Shown: one piece after another, positions 1 to 1,349 of the stretch
Numbering within the stretch: position 1 is the stretch's first letter
Layout of the letters: each line of letters starts with the position of its first letter
Assembly: GCA_000004985.1 (NCBI GenBank)
Contig: GG739443.1
DNA length: 1,349 nt
From: Naegleria gruberi
Lineage: Eukaryota
Strand: one strand, 5' to 3'
The notes under the pieces: generated by a model
What the model saw: only the letters and a program-made list of their open reading frames with translations
Database searches by the model: none
Told to the model about the DNA's origin: nothing
Made by a program: the position numbers and the translations under genes

Positions 1-2
1 AT

Positions 3-1349
3 ATTAATGATAAGAAATCTGATAGCAAGGAAGAAACAAAACCTGAAAAGATTGTTGAACACAAGAAAGAGAGTACATCTAGCAAGATTGAAAAGAAATC
101 TGAAGAATCAAAGCCAGACACCAAGGTGGAACAAGTCAAATCTGATGAAAAGAAACCTGATATCAAGTCAAAGACTGAAAAAAAGAAAGAAGAAAAGACA
201 TCTTCTCATAAGGATGATGTAAAGAATTCTGAAAAGAAGAAATCTGAAGCCAAGAAGGATGATAAGAAATCTGAAAAGAAATCAGAACATAAGGATGATG
301 AACTGGATGATAACAAAATTCAAATCAAATCAGAAAACCTCCAAAAGAAGGTGGATGAAAATAAGAAGAAATCGGATATGAAGGATGACAAGATGTTAAA
401 TGAAAATAAGGAGAAATCCAAGACCGATACCAAGAAATCCGCAGGAAAGAAGTTAGAGGAATCTAATGACAAGAAATCCAATGACAAGAAATCAGAAAAG
501 AAGGAAGACAAGGCAGGGCATAAGGATGATTCTATGAAGGACGAAAAGAAATCTGAAAAGAAAGCAGATGATAAAGAAGAAACGAATAAAAAGAGGGATG
601 ACGAGAAATCTGAACATAAGGAAGATAAGAAATCTGAAAATTCTGACAAGATGACCAATGAGAAAAACAAGGCGAACGATAAGAAATCTGATAAGGATGA
701 TGTAAAGAAGAAATCTTCAAAGAAATCAGAAGAAAATGAGAAGGAATCTATTGAGCATAAAAAGGATTCTGAAACTTCCAAACCAGATTCCAAAATGCAA
801 GTCAAATCATCAGAAAAATCAAATTTAAAGACGGATGAAAAGAAATCCGAACATAAGGATGATAAGAAATCTGATAAGAAGGCCAATCCGCTCGATAAAT
901 CCGAAGCCAACAAGGATGAAAAGAAGACACACGATGATGAAAATAAATCAGATAAGAAGGATTATAAGAAATCAGATCATAAGGATGAAAAGAAGACTGA
1001 TAAGAAACTTGATAAGGATAATAAGAAGACACATGATGATGAAAAGAAATCAGAGAAGGATGAGAAATCTGAAAAGAAATCATATGATGAGGATGAAAAG
1101 AAGGTTGATAAAAAATCTGATACCAAGAAGGATGATAAGAAATCTGATAAGAAATCCGAACATAAGGATGATAAGAAATCTGATAAGGAAAAGAAATCTG
1201 ATGACAAGAAAGATGAAAAGAAATCTGATAAGAAATCACATGATGAGGATGATAAGAAATCTGAAACCAAGAAGGATGATAAGAAATCTGAAAAGAAATC
1301 AGAACATAAGGATGATAAGAAGGCTGATAAGAAACCAGAACATATGGAT
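3..1349 (+). CDS. Partial CDS (5' and 3' ends outside the window, codon phase starting at nt 3) for a highly charged Lys/Asp/Glu/Ser-rich low-complexity repeat protein with periodic His/Tyr, likely intrinsically disordered. Specific family not recognised.
   Basis: Frame +3 was translated codon by codon across all 449 codons. It contains no TAA, TAG or TGA and is the only frame open across the whole window. Codons show strong purine-first periodicity (aag, gat, gaa, aaa) and a consistent synonymous preference (GAT about 68 of 77 Asp, GAA about 52 of 62 Glu, CAT 12 of 14 His). Every competing ORF in the track is a short alternative-frame or antisense product of low complexity. In-frame ATGs at 378, 411, 534, 651, 795 and 1344 are all internal because the frame is already open upstream of them. 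Approximate composition is K 153, D 77, E 62 and S 56 of 449 residues, with no W, C or F. Confidence 0.75.
   Translation, partial: MNDKKSDSKEETKPEKIVEHKKESTSSKIEKKSEESKPDTKVEQVKSDEKKPDIKSKTEKKKEEKTSSHKDDVKNSEKKKSEAKKDDKKSEKKSEHKDDELDDNKIQIKSENLQKKVDENKKKSDMKDDKMLNENKEKSKTDTKKSAGKKLEESNDKKSNDKKSEKKEDKAGHKDDSMKDEKKSEKKADDKEETNKKRDDEKSEHKEDKKSENSDKMTNEKNKANDKKSDKDDVKKKSSKKSEENEKESIEHKKDSETSKPDSKMQVKSSEKSNLKTDEKKSEHKDDKKSDKKANPLDKSEANKDEKKTHDDENKSDKKDYKKSDHKDEKKTDKKLDKDNKKTHDDEKKSEKDEKSEKKSYDEDEKKVDKKSDTKKDDKKSDKKSEHKDDKKSDKEKKSDDKKDEKKSDKKSHDEDDKKSETKKDDKKSEKKSEHKDDKKADKKPEHMD
177..198 (+). other. Longest uninterrupted polypurine tract in the window (22 nt, gaaaaaaagaaagaagaaaaga), sitting inside the CDS.
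   Basis: Direct reading shows every base from 177 to 198 is A or G, bounded by t at 176 and c at 199. It is one of many purine runs; the + strand as a whole is about three-quarters purine by codon-composition estimate. Confidence 0.5.
250..299 (+). repeat. Copy 1 of a 50-nt exact intragenic duplicate (ccaagaaggatgataagaaatctgaaaagaaatcagaacataaggatgat), encoding (A/T)KKDDKKSEKKSEHKDD.
   Basis: Position-by-position comparison shows it is identical to 1267-1316. The flanking bases differ: g/a at -1 and g/a at +1. Confidence 0.85.
1124..1173 (+). repeat. Copy 3 (diverged) of the 50-nt repeat, with 2 mismatches relative to 250-299.
   Basis: The sequence is ccaagaaggatgataagaaatctgaTaagaaatcCgaacataaggatgat. 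The mismatches are gaa to gat (Glu to Asp) and tca to tcc (synonymous Ser). It is in the same phase as the other two copies. Confidence 0.8.
1267..1316 (+). repeat. Copy 2 of the 50-nt exact intragenic duplicate.
   Basis: It is identical to 250-299 over 50 nt. It is in the same reading phase (both copies start at codon position 1 of frame 3), so the duplication preserves the frame. Confidence 0.85.

Larger units (their letters stand above)
832..1349 (+). repeat. In-frame array of degenerate coding repeats about 13-16 codons long (roughly 39-48 nt). There are two unit flavours: K-K-S-E-H-K-D-D-K-K-S-D-K-K, and K-(S/T)-(H/Y)-D-(D/E)-(D/E)-(K/N)-K.
   Basis: Units of the form ...aagaaatc[a/c]gaacataaggatgataagaaatctga... 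recur at about 843-875, 1150-1183 and 1292-1320. A related copy lies upstream at 273-299 and a degenerate one at 603-637. The His or Tyr codons fall at nt 852, 930, 961 (tat), 978, 1032, 1080 (tat), 1161, 1239, 1305 and 1341, all in the same Ser/Thr-His-acidic context. Unit boundaries are fuzzy because the repeat is degenerate. Confidence 0.6.

Noticed and set aside
7-222. 71-aa + strand frame-1 ORF (R/K/L/N-rich) starting at ATG at nt 7
   Set aside because: It is the +1 alternative frame of the same K/E-rich coding sequence. Shifting AAG, AAA and GAA codons gives R/K/N-rich peptides. It terminates at 220-222, while frame 3 continues for more than 1.1 kb. There is no independent evidence for an overlapping gene.
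378-380. In-frame ATG (Met) as a possible translation start of the frame-3 CDS
   Set aside because: Frame 3 is already open for 125 codons upstream with the same composition and repeat motifs (DKKSD at nt 9-23), so this Met is internal. The true start is upstream of the window.
532-720. 62-aa minus-strand ORF from the track
   Set aside because: It is short, low-complexity and antisense to the open + frame, so it is an artefact.
320-913. 197-aa minus-strand ORF from the track (S/F/L/D-rich, with SDFLSSLCSDF-type repeats)
   Set aside because: It is the antisense reading of the purine-rich + strand coding repeat. Antisense stops require tta, cta or tca in register on the + strand, and these are rare here. 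The minus-strand ORFs are split across frames by stops, whereas + frame 3 is open for the entire window with coherent codon bias.
802-1239. 145-aa minus-strand ORF from the track (Y/Q/I/S/H/P-rich)
   Set aside because: This is the same antisense artefact read in another frame. It is low-complexity and lies fully inside the + strand CDS.
977-1270. 97-aa minus-strand ORF from the track (S/F/L/D-rich)
   Set aside because: Antisense artefact. It overlaps the 802..1239 ORF in a different frame, and the two cannot both be genes. Neither has support beyond the absence of stops.
250-1316. A CRISPR array or noncoding satellite as an explanation for the direct repeats
   Set aside because: The repeats are degenerate, irregularly spaced and all in the same codon phase of an open reading frame, and their variation is codon-wise (gaa to gat, tca to tcc). 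There are no uniform repeat-spacer units and no palindromic repeat structure. This is a coding repeat, not a CRISPR array or satellite.
1-1349. Signal peptide, transmembrane segment or a recognisable enzymatic domain
   Set aside because: There is no hydrophobic stretch longer than 2-3 residues anywhere in the 449 aa, and there are no Cys, Trp or Phe. Nothing beyond low-complexity charged repeats is visible in this fragment.

Overview
The whole 1349-nt window lies inside one protein-coding gene, and that gene is missing from the supplied ORF track. Frame 3 of the + strand (codons starting at nt 3, 6, 9 ...) runs from nt 3 to nt 1349 with no stop codon, which I checked codon by codon. It is open at both ends, so it is a partial CDS of 449 codons continuing both upstream and downstream. 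The translation is an extremely charged, low-complexity protein: about 34% Lys, 17% Asp, 14% Glu and 12% Ser. It has no Trp, Cys or Phe, a single Arg, two Tyr and 14 His. It consists of degenerate K/D/E/S repeats, which become increasingly regular toward the 3' end, for example KKSEHKDDKKSDKK. Each repeat is punctuated by a His (or Tyr) that follows Ser/Thr and precedes an acidic cluster. The repeats are highly conserved at the nucleotide level: an exact 50-nt duplicate sits about 1 kb apart, and the 14-mer gataagaaatctga occurs at least 9 times. The + strand is roughly three-quarters purine. The four minus-strand ORFs and the + frame-1 ORF (7..222) in the track are alternative-frame or antisense artefacts of this purine-rich repeat. 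I see no RNA genes, CRISPR array, mobile element or intergenic or regulatory DNA in the window, and no sign of a multi-gene system. The interest here is the repeat protein itself. Codon usage (GAT far above GAC, GAA far above GAG, CAT over CAC, AAG about equal to AAA, TCT-type Ser) and the protein type suggest a eukaryotic disordered protein, possibly nematode- or fungus-like, but the source organism cannot be determined from this window.
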